Sequence record: OM718002.1
Strand: one strand, 5' to 3'
DNA length: 64,000 nt
Shown: positions 18,289 to 27,601 of the stretch, one piece after another
Position numbering within the stretch: position 1 is the first letter of the stretch
Layout of the letters: each line of letters begins with the position of its first letter
Translations under genes and position numbers: made by a program
Notes under the pieces: model-generated
Told to the model about the DNA's origin: nothing
Database searches by the model: none
What the model saw: the letters and a program-made list of their open reading frames with translations, nothing else

Positions 18289-18975
18289 TTAATGAATAAC
18301 TGTTGCAGAAGGACGACATTTCATAGTTTTAAAAATGTCAGTAGGATAGATATTACCAGCTTGTCCGAAAGGTTTATCGGCTAGAAGAAACTGCGGACAA
18401 ACTGTTTGTAGATAACCACTATCAGTGGGTAGGAATCCTTCAATATCACTGATGAGAATTTGCCAGATGGGCAATTGGTTATAATAGTCATCCATATTGT
18501 AGTATGCGTGGAGTTTACCACCAAAACCATATACAAATTGACGAGTATCAATTAGGCGAATACCAAATTTAGGTTGGCGTCCCATCCGTTGATCTTCTTC
18601 AAATGCACTCAGTAAATCTGCAATCTCTACGCCACCCGTGATCTGTTTCACTTCTTTTAATTTTTCAAAAATGGCGTAAAAGGTATTTACTGCCGATTCC
18701 TTAGTAATGCAGGCAGTGATCACCAGTTCAGGAAAGAGTGGATCTTCTTTATTACATCCACACGTGTAATAAACAACATTGGAACCAATATCACCTTCTC
18801 GTTCAACCACGGCAAAAGGTTTTTTGGATAGTTTCATTTGCTTTTCAATTAACTGTCTGCTATTCTCACGAATAGATTCATATTCGTGACTGGCCTTAAA
18901 AATAGGTGCTTTGTAATCTATCTCTTTTGGTTCTACTAGATCACTTGCCGATTTGATAACTAATGGATTACTCAT
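18289..18975 (-). CDS. Hypothetical protein, possibly DUF4262-like
   Basis: YYTCG...FPELVITA resembles the YTxG...PEL motif (weak). Confidence 0.45.
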   Translation of the reverse strand: MSNPLVIKSASDLVEPKEIDYKAPIFKASHEYESIRENSRQLIEKQMKLSKKPFAVVEREGDIGSNVVYYTCGCNKEDPLFPELVITACITKESAVNTFYAIFEKLKEVKQITGGVEIADLLSAFEEDQRMGRQPKFGIRLIDTRQFVYGFGGKLHAYYNMDDYYNQLPIWQILISDIEGFLPTDSGYLQTVCPQFLLADKPFGQAGNIYPTDIFKTMKCRPSATVIH

Positions 18976-19004
18976 TGTATATTTCCTTTTCTTATATAAG
19001 AAAA

Positions 19005-19022
19005 GGGAGGTATTACCCTCCC
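19005..19022 (-). terminator. Intrinsic terminator
   Basis: gggagg-tattac-cctccc with a T-tract on the minus strand. Confidence 0.65.
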
Positions 19023-19357
19023 TAATTAAGCATTAAATATTTAGGTTCAGTAGTGGCTCGGATCTTAGCAATAAGTGCTTTTTGATCACTAACCTTACTA
19101 ATGGGATATTCTAATAAACGTAAATCCATGTCCCGATGTACTAAACCTAACATTGCCTTATTTTGATGACTATTATTACGTAATGCAGCGATATGTTTAT
19201 CAACTTCATTACTAACAGTCTTTGAAAGCCCTACCAAATACTTCCCAGTTGCAATGTGTTCAATAACATAAACACCTGCTCCAACTATTTCGCTTCTTTT
19301 CCCACGACCGTGCGAAGTACTTGACCAACTATAACACTTATCATCAACTATAAACAT
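19022..19357 (-). CDS. Stand-alone, degenerate GIY-YIG domain protein
   Basis: GVYVIEHIATGKYLVG has I-TevI GIY-x-YVG spacing, plus H...L...H.N; several catalytic residues are substituted. Confidence 0.65.
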   Translation of the reverse strand: MFIVDDKCYSWSSTSHGRGKRSEIVGAGVYVIEHIATGKYLVGLSKTVSNEVDKHIAALRNNSHQNKAMLGLVHRDMDLRLLEYPISKVSDQKALIAKIRATTEPKYLMLN

Positions 19358-19400
19358 GGTTAATTCCCGTCCTATAACTATCTAATTGGACGGTCAAGTA

Positions 19401-19763
19401 TTAGCTACCAGTCCATGAATACTTATCATAAACTAACCACATTGAATGGATCTTATTGATGATATTGAAAATAGGTTCTTGGACCTCTTCAAAATCACCT
19501 AGGTTAGCTGCCAGATTGGCCATGTATTGGAATAGCCACTCAATTGACACATCCACTAGATTGGTAAATGGGATACTGGCATATGGGATTTGCTTTGACA
19601 TACCAAACTGATAAACCTTAGCAAACCATGCATCCAACATTGCAACATCTGCTTTAAGCATCCAATTAATTTCAGCAGGATGTGCGCCATAGGTGATGTT
19701 AAATAAATCACCAGTAACTGTTTTAACAAGCATTTCCACTTCAGTCGCATTAAATTCAATCAT
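19401..19763 (-). CDS. Hypothetical protein
   Basis: ORF tiling the minus-strand run. Confidence 0.7.
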   Translation of the reverse strand: MIEFNATEVEMLVKTVTGDLFNITYGAHPAEINWMLKADVAMLDAWFAKVYQFGMSKQIPYASIPFTNLVDVSIEWLFQYMANLAANLGDFEEVQEPIFNIINKIHSMWLVYDKYSWTGS

Positions 19764-19764
19764 C

Positions 19765-20142
19765 TCAACCCACCTTTAGTTTACTGCAATATAGTCTAAA
19801 CTTAAGAATATCCTCTACTAAGTTAGACCACAGGGTATACCTATTTCGTGATGCATTTACTTCTTCAATCTTAGCATTTATATTTTGGCGAAGAACTTTG
19901 TAATGCTGATACGCATTAGTCGCATGTTTAGAGAACATGATGATAATATCATCAGGACTTTTATTTAGCACATCAGCTAGTGAATCATCATCATATATTT
20001 CAATAAGTGTATTAACGATACGATGATGAAGATGGGTTAGTAATTGGTAAATATGATATTCGCTACCAATATAATCACCTTTTATAAAAGCTCTTTTACT
20101 GTAGAAGATCTGTGCAGTATCTCTTATGCATTCAAGTTTCAT
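19765..20142 (-). CDS. Hypothetical protein
   Basis: ATGA overlap. Confidence 0.7.
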   Translation of the reverse strand: MKLECIRDTAQIFYSKRAFIKGDYIGSEYHIYQLLTHLHHRIVNTLIEIYDDDSLADVLNKSPDDIIIMFSKHATNAYQHYKVLRQNINAKIEEVNASRNRYTLWSNLVEDILKFRLYCSKLKVG

Positions 20143-20351
20143 TGTGCATTAACCTGATGTAGATGAACATAAAATCCATTACTAGGACCACTATTAGATG
20201 GATAAACTAACAGATGGTCTCCATTAACAGATTCGATTATAACTACAGTACCAGCTTTACATAGTGTAAGATCATAACCGCATTCACCGGTGCTATTAAT
20301 AATATCTGTATTGACTACAACTTTGTCACCGGCTTTAAATGAATTTGACAT
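20139..20351 (-). CDS. Small SH3/KOW-like beta-barrel protein
   Basis: FKAGDKVVVNTDI...LCKAGTVVIIE. Confidence 0.55.
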   Translation of the reverse strand: MSNSFKAGDKVVVNTDIINSTGECGYDLTLCKAGTVVIIESVNGDHLLVYPSNSGPSNGFYVHLHQVNAQ

Positions 20352-20359
20352 ATACCACC

Positions 20360-20662
20360 TCAGTTATATGCGTGAAGAATATCATCCATATCTGTACATT
20401 GTACAGTTTCAATTTGATTATAATTGTCGGCATTTAAAACTCTAAAGCCGCCTTCGGGATTACCCTCATCAACGCCTAATACGGTTAGGTCATCTCCTTC
20501 ATCGGCAAACTTCCATTCTAGATAACCATTCTTTTTACAAGTACGCATGATCCAAATATCCTGTGTTGCTTGTAGAATCATACCAACTTGAACTTTATTC
20601 TTAGCGATAAGACTAATACCATTAGCTAGCGCGTTTGCTAGACAGCTCACTGTTGAACTCAT
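20360..20662 (-). CDS. SH3/KOW-like small protein
   Basis: VQVGMILQATQDI...FADEGDDLTVL. Confidence 0.5.
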   Translation of the reverse strand: MSSTVSCLANALANGISLIAKNKVQVGMILQATQDIWIMRTCKKNGYLEWKFADEGDDLTVLGVDEGNPEGGFRVLNADNYNQIETVQCTDMDDILHAYN

Positions 20663-20718
20663 TTCTTTTTACCTCTTTACAACTCTTCTCTTCAGTCAGC
20701 CATGACTTGTTAAAGATG

Positions 20719-20871
20719 CTATTTATGATAGGATTGAATTTCGGTGATTCTTTCTTTTTCTGATCGGTATCCATCGATATCACCTATATTGATAATTTTA
20801 TTAATACCAATTAGCGTACTACCTAAAACCGCTATAACTAAAAACAATGCTACATATTTCATTCCTTCCAT
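20719..20871 (-). CDS. Small membrane protein (50 aa, not in ORF track)
   Basis: Manual translation MEGMKYVALFLVIAVLGSTLIG...; GAGGT SD. Confidence 0.55.
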   Translation of the reverse strand: MEGMKYVALFLVIAVLGSTLIGINKIINIGDIDGYRSEKERITEIQSYHK

Positions 20872-20956
20872 TTGTGATACCTCAGATAATATTTATTTTA
20901 TTTGGCATGGTTGTTATATAACTTTAAATTTTATTATAATAAACTATTACCCCGTA

Positions 20957-21259
20957 TTAAGGTAATAGTTTATTATATTTATTATAGTTATCGATAACCC
21001 ATTGGCATGACATATGTTTAGGAGTATCACCTAGTAATTTGGTGTACGTTAGAAAATATATTACTTGGGCTTTGTTAAAGTCCAATCCAGCTTCTTCCCA
21101 GATATAACGATACTGTTCAGTTTTATCCCCATGTGCAGCAACCAGACCAGCGCATGCATCAATGTATCGATCCTCACCAGAGAAAACAGCACTTATGAAT
21201 TTATCAGTATTATCCAACATATACTGAGTCGATTTGATTACCTTATCATTCATTTTCAT
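20957..21259 (-). CDS. Hypothetical protein
   Basis: ORF tiling the minus-strand run. Confidence 0.7.
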   Translation of the reverse strand: MKMNDKVIKSTQYMLDNTDKFISAVFSGEDRYIDACAGLVAAHGDKTEQYRYIWEEAGLDFNKAQVIYFLTYTKLLGDTPKHMSCQWVIDNYNKYNKLLP

Positions 21260-21293
21260 TTGAATATACCTGTTTATATAAAAGGATATAAAA

Positions 21294-21311
21294 GCCTCCC
21301 CGAAGGGAGGC
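21294..21311 (-). terminator. cUUCGg terminator
   Basis: gcctccc-cgaa-gggaggc. Confidence 0.8.
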
Positions 21312-21321
21312 CATTATGACG

Positions 21322-21756
21322 TTACATTGTGAAACGAATTGACACACCACAAATAGGACTATTGTCATCTGTCCAAATTTTTGCAGTACCATCATTTTTA
21401 ATAGTTAAACAATAACCCCAACGGAGATTATTTATTTTAGTGGTATAACCACTTTTGAATACAGCCATGTCTTTATAAAGCTGAGGGATAGTTGGCACTA
21501 CCTTTGACTGCATTTTACCAGATAAATCACGATAGTAGAGTTTATCTACAATCACATTATCAAATTTTTTGTAATCACCAAAGACTTCAGATAGATTAAA
21601 CTCTACCCCATCTGTTTTCAGTGGGGCTGTCATAAAACTACCTTGCTCAGTTGTAACCATACTGATAGCAACATCATGGTCTAATAGAAATCGAGTTTCA
21701 CCAATAGTTTTCTTATATACTGGGAAACTTCCTAGCGGTTGTAGAACACTCATCAT
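21322..21756 (-). CDS. Hypothetical protein
   Basis: AGGAG SD. Confidence 0.7.
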   Translation of the reverse strand: MMSVLQPLGSFPVYKKTIGETRFLLDHDVAISMVTTEQGSFMTAPLKTDGVEFNLSEVFGDYKKFDNVIVDKLYYRDLSGKMQSKVVPTIPQLYKDMAVFKSGYTTKINNLRWGYCLTIKNDGTAKIWTDDNSPICGVSIRFTM

Positions 21757-21789
21757 TAACTCCTGATTGACGGTCTATAAAATTGACCA

Positions 21790-22236
21790 TTATAAACCTT
21801 TATAGCATTCTACGCTAATTTTCTTTATGGTCATATCAAACTCACTATCAACATACTCATTGTCATGATAGTATTCATCTGAATAACCTATGAGTTTTTT
21901 CTGGTTATGATAATTTAAAAAGAAAATAACACGCATCACAATACAAGCATGTTCGGGATGATTAAGGTATAATTCTTTCTTATTTAGGTCTAAATAAAGT
22001 GTTTTTATTTGAACTGGTTCATTAGTGAAAACTAGTTTTACAGGGTTATCCAGCTGTATTACTTTGGGTTCACTATTAAAAAATGTATCACCGGGTTCAC
22101 CTAAGTAATATGTAATTGATTTAACATAATAGGCTATATCTTCGGTTTTCTCTAACCGGGTTATACAATAGCCGGTTATGACTGAAAGAACAAACAATGA
22201 TAAAATAACTAATATTATCTCAGTCACATTGACCAC
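21790..22236 (-). CDS. Hypothetical protein with N-terminal TM
   Basis: IILVILSLFVLSVITGYCI. Confidence 0.65.
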   Translation of the reverse strand: MVNVTEIILVILSLFVLSVITGYCITRLEKTEDIAYYVKSITYYLGEPGDTFFNSEPKVIQLDNPVKLVFTNEPVQIKTLYLDLNKKELYLNHPEHACIVMRVIFFLNYHNQKKLIGYSDEYYHDNEYVDSEFDMTIKKISVECYKGL

Positions 22237-22516
22237 CCATATAAAGTGTTGTTATATCGATACACTGTGAAACAGAATGTTTACGTGGAATAAATATTTC
22301 ATCGATGGTTAAATCATCATCAATGGGTTGAATACTTTCTAATCTACCAAATCCATCACAGTTAAATTTAAGTGCTGGATAACCTTCAATACCCATGCTA
22401 ACCCAACTATTTTTATTTTTAGTTACATGGTTGAATTTAAAATTACGCATCTTTCCTAGAAATTCAATTGTCCATGTAGCATCCTTCTGTTTCTTCAAAT
22501 GGTAATATTTATTCAT
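22220..22516 (-). CDS. Hypothetical protein
   Basis: ORF tiling the minus-strand run. Confidence 0.65.
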   Translation of the reverse strand: MNKYYHLKKQKDATWTIEFLGKMRNFKFNHVTKNKNSWVSMGIEGYPALKFNCDGFGRLESIQPIDDDLTIDEIFIPRKHSVSQCIDITTLYMGGQCD

Positions 22517-22562
22517 TAGTATTCACCATTATTAAGATTAGTTTCATTCTATTAAATAGATA

Positions 22563-22580
22563 GGGGGTCTAAAGACCCCC
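22563..22580 (-). terminator. Intrinsic terminator
   Basis: gggggtct-aa-agaccccc inverted repeat. Confidence 0.7.
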
Positions 22581-22594
22581 ATTTTCATAATTAA

Positions 22595-23014
22595 TTAGAA
22601 TGCAGAAATGGTCAACTCATTGTACTTAACGGCAGCGAGTTTTTCCCAATCTTCTTCATGTTCCATCAAGCATTCAATTACAACATGCATGGACCATGAT
22701 TCACCGTCAATATTTGCAAATACAAAGAAACCATCATCAAGCTCAGTGATACCACTAATCAGATTATTTTTGATCAGATAGACCAATTGATCATTAACGA
22801 TTTTAACTTCATTATCAATGAGATGGCTGACATATTTGCTAGTGATATCAAACACTTCTTTTGATGAAAGTGACCCATCCCGTTTGACAGCAGTTAGGCT
22901 CCAATTAACCAAAGACGGTGAATACCAATGAAGACCATGTACATTCATCAAAACTGGATGTTTGTTATCCATAGCTTTTACAGAATAAGCCCAATACTTT
23001 TCATCAATATACAT
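22595..23014 (-). CDS. Hypothetical protein
   Basis: ORF tiling the minus-strand run. Confidence 0.7.
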   Translation of the reverse strand: MYIDEKYWAYSVKAMDNKHPVLMNVHGLHWYSPSLVNWSLTAVKRDGSLSSKEVFDITSKYVSHLIDNEVKIVNDQLVYLIKNNLISGITELDDGFFVFANIDGESWSMHVVIECLMEHEEDWEKLAAVKYNELTISAF

Positions 23015-23040
23015 TTATATTTCCTTTTTTTCCAGATTGA

Positions 23041-23319
23041 TTATTTTATTACAATGCCTTCAGCATTGCGTACTGCTTCTTTAGCAAATTGAACATCTCC
23101 AAATACATGTTCAATAAACTTTGATGCATCTGACCCAGCTACATCGCTTGATAGTAGTTTCACAGTCTTGGTAATCTTACCAGGATAATAGAGGATGATA
23201 TCCCATCCATCACTTTCTTTAACAGAGCGAATTTTTAGAATAGGCTCTTCTTTACCAAGGTGTTCAAGACTAACACCACTTTTGACAGCGGCTTCATATA
23301 CTACATCAGAGATAGACAT
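23041..23319 (-). CDS. Hypothetical protein
   Basis: ORF tiling the minus-strand run. Confidence 0.7.
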   Translation of the reverse strand: MSISDVVYEAAVKSGVSLEHLGKEEPILKIRSVKESDGWDIILYYPGKITKTVKLLSSDVAGSDASKFIEHVFGDVQFAKEAVRNAEGIVIK

Positions 23320-23346
23320 ATTAGTTACCTTCTTAAAAGAAAGCGG

Positions 23347-23580
23347 TCATGCGACCGCATCTTTAATCAGCGAGATAATTCGCGCTGATGGTTCGCGCCA
23401 AAATTCAATACGTACATTATTGAACTGGCTATCGTGATGCATAAAAGCTGACGATTGCTTTGCTGCATCGTGATTCATAATAGAACGTAGCTGGATAATA
23501 TTTTTGTCTTTGAGTCGGATACCATCCAGATCAATGACTTTCAGTCCAGAGTTCATAGTTTTTACAGTTACATGTTGCAT
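23347..23580 (-). CDS. Hypothetical protein
   Basis: AAGGA SD. Confidence 0.65.
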   Translation of the reverse strand: MQHVTVKTMNSGLKVIDLDGIRLKDKNIIQLRSIMNHDAAKQSSAFMHHDSQFNNVRIEFWREPSARIISLIKDAVA

Positions 23581-23631
23581 TTACAATTTCCTTTTAGTTG
23601 GATTAAAAATCTGTTAAACTTCTTTTATAAG

Positions 23632-24054
23632 TTATTTCGGTTTTGCGATAGCTTTAATGAGTTCCTGTTCAAGTTGCACGAGTTCATCATCTGCGATGTC
23701 GCGTGAAACACACATACACCGTCCTGGTCGTTTATACCAAGTAATGCAGACATCACGCCAAATAAGCGCACCTTCATCGATATCATTGAGCCTGAAAGTC
23801 TTTAGCTCGTCAGTGTTAAGAGAAGGACCACCAGGATAAGGATAAAATCTTTCGTAATCAATTCCACTATATTTCATCACTAGGGCATATAGTGGTGGTT
23901 GAACCATTTTCCAATATGAAGCTAATTTAATATCCTCACTTGGTACAGATGCCCAATACTCTTTTTCTGCTTCATCCATTTCTTCTGGTTTAGGAAGTCC
24001 ACCAATCAGGCAATATGCATGTTCAGCAACTTCAACTAAGCGTGTATTTTTCAT
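23632..24054 (-). CDS. Hypothetical protein
   Basis: ATGA overlap. Confidence 0.7.
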   Translation of the reverse strand: MKNTRLVEVAEHAYCLIGGLPKPEEMDEAEKEYWASVPSEDIKLASYWKMVQPPLYALVMKYSGIDYERFYPYPGGPSLNTDELKTFRLNDIDEGALIWRDVCITWYKRPGRCMCVSRDIADDELVQLEQELIKAIAKPK

Positions 24055-24395
24055 AGCTTAATCCTAATCTTTGTAATACCGCAATCGTGCTCACCGAACT
24101 CGACTTTTCTCCAGCCCGCTTCACGCAATCGTGCTTTAACAACCTTCATTACAGATGGAGCAATTTCATCCTTATGTTCGACAACAATTTCATAACTGCG
24201 AATAAAATGGAAGTTGTTGAAACCAGGTAGGTCTTCAAGCATCTTTCTCCGAATACCCGCACAGACTTCATTGGCTTGCCGTTCAACCAACATTGCATGA
24301 ATTTCATTTTTGGTCGGAATAGAGCAATTGCCAGTTTCTATTTGAAGAGTTTTGATTGCATTTTCCAAAAGAGATTTTGAAATACCAAGAGTCAT
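24051..24395 (-). CDS. Hypothetical protein, paralog of 56705 and 57271
   Basis: IPTKNEI ... VKARLREAGWRKV pattern. Confidence 0.65.
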   Translation of the reverse strand: MTLGISKSLLENAIKTLQIETGNCSIPTKNEIHAMLVERQANEVCAGIRRKMLEDLPGFNNFHFIRSYEIVVEHKDEIAPSVMKVVKARLREAGWRKVEFGEHDCGITKIRIKL

Positions 24396-24448
24396 TGTAT
24401 CAGTTCCCCGTGAGTTAAATAAATTTTAATACGCGTTTTGATGGTTTA

Positions 24449-24808
24449 TTATTTACCAATAGATACAATTACCTCTTTTAATTTACCATGGTCATTAATT
24501 GCCATCTGACAAGTGGGGCACGGATACGCATCCAATGGCCTGCCATCAGCACCGACCCGCGCAACATAGATTCTATATCCTTTTCCTTTGGAGAGGATGA
24601 TAGAACGCAACTCACTATGCATCTCACAACGTAGATCAGACAATCCTGCTTTTAGAGAATAACGTTTCTGAACAGGATGTGTTTTACCATACATATTTTG
24701 GCTTTCACTAATAATCCTGCCACGCTTATCAGTAATGACTGAATAAACACGTTGACGATGTTTTACATAAGGGATCTCGCGACACTTTTCCAAAGCATAA
24801 TCCAACAT
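24449..24808 (-). CDS. Zn-dependent cytidine/dCMP deaminase-family protein
   Basis: HSE and PCPTC motifs; start moved to ATG 24808 because the ORF-track extension crosses a promoter and terminator. Confidence 0.8.
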   Translation of the reverse strand: MLDYALEKCREIPYVKHRQRVYSVITDKRGRIISESQNMYGKTHPVQKRYSLKAGLSDLRCEMHSELRSIILSKGKGYRIYVARVGADGRPLDAYPCPTCQMAINDHGKLKEVIVSIGK

Positions 24809-24851
24809 AATTGATTTACCTATTTGAAATTTAGATAGTTTTATCACATTT

Positions 24852-24859
24852 GTAATATA
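24852..24859 (-). promoter_or_regulatory. Early promoter TATATTAC
   Basis: Exact octamer about 40 nt downstream of terminator 24900. Confidence 0.85.
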
Positions 24860-24895
24860 CTGTTTAAAATGCTTTAAATACAAAAAAAATAAAAT

Positions 24896-24921
24896 ATAAG
24901 CCCTCCCGCAATGGGAGGGCA
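24896..24921. repeat. 26-nt terminator repeat, identical copy at 62575-62600
   Basis: ataagccctcccgcaatgggagggca at both sites. Confidence 0.9.
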
Positions 24922-24933
24922 ATATAATAACTA

Positions 24934-25368
24934 TTACAATTTATTCGCCATTTTACCTGGTACTATAACCCAGTGTAAATTACATTTAATGTGTTTATTT
25001 TTAAGAGACATTCCTGAGATACACACATCCTCTTTGGTTATGCTAATTTTAAATAAAGCTTCCCATTTATTAGCTGTGATGATTTCATCAACAGTGTGAT
25101 GGAATTTAAGTGTGTTATCTAATACTGAAATATAAAAGTCTTTATTGGGTTGACCTTTAGTTAAATCAATTATTAACCTATTATTTAATTTAGGTGAAAA
25201 AGTTGTTAATGTACCATCTTCATTATTTTCAGATATATAAGAGCAACCAGTAACAATGAAGACATTATCATTTACACTATTGGCATAAATTATTTTTGGG
25301 TGTTTAAAAATATTAATTAGATAAACAATAATTGCTGACAGGATTAGTGCAATTACTATATCAGCCAT
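24934..25368 (-). CDS. Hypothetical protein with N-terminal TM
   Basis: IVIALILSAIIVYLI. Confidence 0.7.
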   Translation of the reverse strand: MADIVIALILSAIIVYLINIFKHPKIIYANSVNDNVFIVTGCSYISENNEDGTLTTFSPKLNNRLIIDLTKGQPNKDFYISVLDNTLKFHHTVDEIITANKWEALFKISITKEDVCISGMSLKNKHIKCNLHWVIVPGKMANKL

Positions 25369-25370
25369 TA

Positions 25371-25745
25371 TTAACCCCTATTAACAAAGATAAAATAATC
25401 TCGTAGTTCACCAGCTAAATCTAATGGTTGATAATTATCACTACCATCATCATAAGGGATATAATCAGCACCTGCTTCTACAGCCGCTAAATATTCTTCC
25501 TCACCAACTGCTGGAATTAAATGAAACGCTGGGCAATCGTCATTATTGCCATCTAGTATATCTAGCATGCCTGTAATGACACTATCTGCTACAGCCCTGT
25601 CCCGATCAGCTGGCTCTGTAAATTGATCAAGTTTAGAGTTATTGATAGCATTATCACGCATATTGACAACACTACTAATAAATAGTTCTTTAACTTGTTC
25701 CTGTGTTACAGGTTTAACATTACCATCGCCTTCAAAATAGATCAT
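25371..25745 (-). CDS. Hypothetical protein, tandem paralog of 25790
   Basis: LDGNNDDCPAFHLIP ... DLAGELR. Confidence 0.75.
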   Translation of the reverse strand: MIYFEGDGNVKPVTQEQVKELFISSVVNMRDNAINNSKLDQFTEPADRDRAVADSVITGMLDILDGNNDDCPAFHLIPAVGEEEYLAAVEAGADYIPYDDGSDNYQPLDLAGELRDYFIFVNRG

Positions 25746-25789
25746 AATTACATACCTTGTTATCAGTAGCTTATAAATTTATTAGTTCA

Positions 25790-26476
25790 TTAACGCATTA
25801 TTCGACTGATATCATCAGCTATTTGTGATTGTATCTTTTCCGCTTTTTCTTTAGCTTTTTCTACTAACATAGCAAGTTGCTCTTGCGTAAAATTACCCGA
25901 GTAATACTTAACAGGTTTCTCACCTGCTAAACTAAGGAAATGGTTCAATAGTGCATGTGGTCCTTTGAAAGGTTCCGTAAATGTCTTAGAAACTTGATAA
26001 CGTAGATTACCAGAAATATCAACTGCATCACACTTTGCACGGATATTATCTTTTAAATTTTCAACTGGGTTTACTGGCCAATAATTCTCACCAATACTTA
26101 TTAGGTAGTCAATATCCTCTTGAGTAACATTAGGTATAAGTTTGAATCCGGGTATATTTGGATCATTGCCATCTAGGCCAGCTGCGATGCTATATATAAA
26201 TCCATCAAGCATATCTCTGATAGATAGTGCCTTATCTGTATTTTGAGTATCGGTATACTGTTTATGCCAGTAATTACGTGTGCTTTGAAGCCAATTTACA
26301 AAGAGAGAAGTTTGTTCCTCTTTTGTATATTCTCTCGGATCATCTACTTTCTCCCATTCTTTTTGTTTATTTATCTTAGGAGTCTTAGTTTTCTTTACAG
26401 GTTGTTCAATCGGTGAATCTGAAACCTTTGTTTCAAATCCTATACCAACTATAGTTTTATCGGTTGTATTGATCAT
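25790..26476 (-). CDS. Hypothetical protein, tandem paralog of 25371
   Basis: LDGNDPNIPGFKLIP ... DISGNLR. Confidence 0.75.
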   Translation of the reverse strand: MINTTDKTIVGIGFETKVSDSPIEQPVKKTKTPKINKQKEWEKVDDPREYTKEEQTSLFVNWLQSTRNYWHKQYTDTQNTDKALSIRDMLDGFIYSIAAGLDGNDPNIPGFKLIPNVTQEDIDYLISIGENYWPVNPVENLKDNIRAKCDAVDISGNLRYQVSKTFTEPFKGPHALLNHFLSLAGEKPVKYYSGNFTQEQLAMLVEKAKEKAEKIQSQIADDISRIMR

Positions 26477-26703
26477 AGAACATGAAACCTTTGTATATAG
26501 TTTGGTTTTATGCGTTTAGTAAATTGCGCTGAATGCTCAATGTAATAAATGCATTTATCATTAAGTGAATACACTGTATAATAGGTTTTAGCACATATAT
26601 GTCGTATGCCAATAGTAACACATATTTCCCAACCGATCTTTGTAAATACATAACCTAACTGATTAGGCTCTATTTCTAAACATCTTTTGTCGAAGTTAAC
26701 CAT
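26473..26703 (-). CDS. Hypothetical protein
   Basis: ORF tiling the minus-strand run. Confidence 0.6.
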   Translation of the reverse strand: MVNFDKRCLEIEPNQLGYVFTKIGWEICVTIGIRHICAKTYYTVYSLNDKCIYYIEHSAQFTKRIKPNYIQRFHVL

Positions 26704-27143
26704 TGTGGCTTCCTCGGAATAGTTCGCAAGTACTGAACAATAAGTCGCGCGAATTCATCCATATCGTCTTCAACTAGAATTAACTCATCCAATGTATACC
26801 AGCCATCATCAGTTGTTTCAATTAGATTAGAATCATCTTTGATTTCTCTATCTAAGATGGCGTATAATCTAGTTGGTCCAAAATCAGGCTCTTCTATAAC
26901 CCCAAGATGTATCAAAGAATTTCTATTATTAGTATCATCTGTGATAGTTGGCTGAACACTAATATTGGAAGTTTCCTCTGGGAAGTTATAACTATCTAAA
27001 ATAGCAAAATCAGTTAATTGTCTAATAGCCTTTCTAGTGAAATCATAAACCTTCACTATGGGATGAATCACATAGGTTAGTTTATCATTAACTAAACGTT
27101 GCCTTAAATTAATAAATGCGCAGTTATTCATCGACATACTCAT
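26676..27143 (-). CDS. Hypothetical protein
   Basis: ORF tiling the run; C-terminal GWYTLDEL is weakly Nudix-like but there is no Nudix box. Confidence 0.65.
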   Translation of the reverse strand: MSMSMNNCAFINLRQRLVNDKLTYVIHPIVKVYDFTRKAIRQLTDFAILDSYNFPEETSNISVQPTITDDTNNRNSLIHLGVIEEPDFGPTRLYAILDREIKDDSNLIETTDDGWYTLDELILVEDDMDEFARLIVQYLRTIPRKPQWLTSTKDV

Positions 27144-27498
27144 GTACCATTTTAATAGTTTTCAAAAATACTTCTTGATTATTACTATCATCTGCTTTTA
27201 GAATAACAGGATGACACATAAATTCATTTTCCAATGATACTCGATAATATTCATTAATTGTCTGAATGAAATCAAGCGGGGGATAAATAATAATATCCTT
27301 ATCTGTTTCGGCGTAATTAACTACATTTGGTTCATGTTTAAATTTGGATTTATTTAATTTATAAACAAAGTATTTTATATCATTTTTATCTACTTGTGAT
27401 ACAAATACAATTCGTTCATACATTGATAAATCAATATCTTTACCAATATTGATAGACAGTGGCATACCAATAAATGAGCGTTTAATATTTTCATTCAT
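27124..27498 (-). CDS. Hypothetical protein
   Basis: First gene after promoter 27538. Confidence 0.7.
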   Translation of the reverse strand: MNENIKRSFIGMPLSINIGKDIDLSMYERIVFVSQVDKNDIKYFVYKLNKSKFKHEPNVVNYAETDKDIIIYPPLDFIQTINEYYRVSLENEFMCHPVILKADDSNNQEVFLKTIKMVHEYVDE

Positions 27499-27536
27499 TT
27501 TTTAATTACCTATTTAATAGTTTAATGTTGTATTAG

Positions 27537-27566
27537 TGTAATATAGATTTCAAAAAAAATTTAATG
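27537..27566. repeat. 30-nt promoter cassette, identical copy at 42186-42215
   Basis: tgtaatatagatttcaaaaaaaatttaatg at both sites. Confidence 0.9.
27538..27545 (-). promoter_or_regulatory. Early promoter TATATTAC
   Basis: Exact octamer downstream of terminator 27573. Confidence 0.85.
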
Positions 27567-27572
27567 TAAAAG

Positions 27573-27592
27573 CCCTCTCCTTTGGGAGAGGG
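27573..27592 (-). terminator. Intrinsic terminator
   Basis: ccctctcc-tttg-ggagaggg. Confidence 0.75.
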
Positions 27593-27601
27593 TTTATGAC
27601 T

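Noticed and set aside
19022-19357. Active homing endonuclease or mobile element
   Set aside because: Catalytic residues are substituted, the DNA-binding domain is missing, and no intron or intein context is present.
24809-24922. N-terminal extension of the deaminase in the ORF track
   Set aside because: It crosses a terminator and the TATATTAC promoter; ATG 24808 has an SD.
26676-27143. Nudix hydrolase (also considered for 39609-40316)
   Set aside because: No GX5EX7REUXEE box; the resemblance is limited to a C-terminal W..LDEL word.
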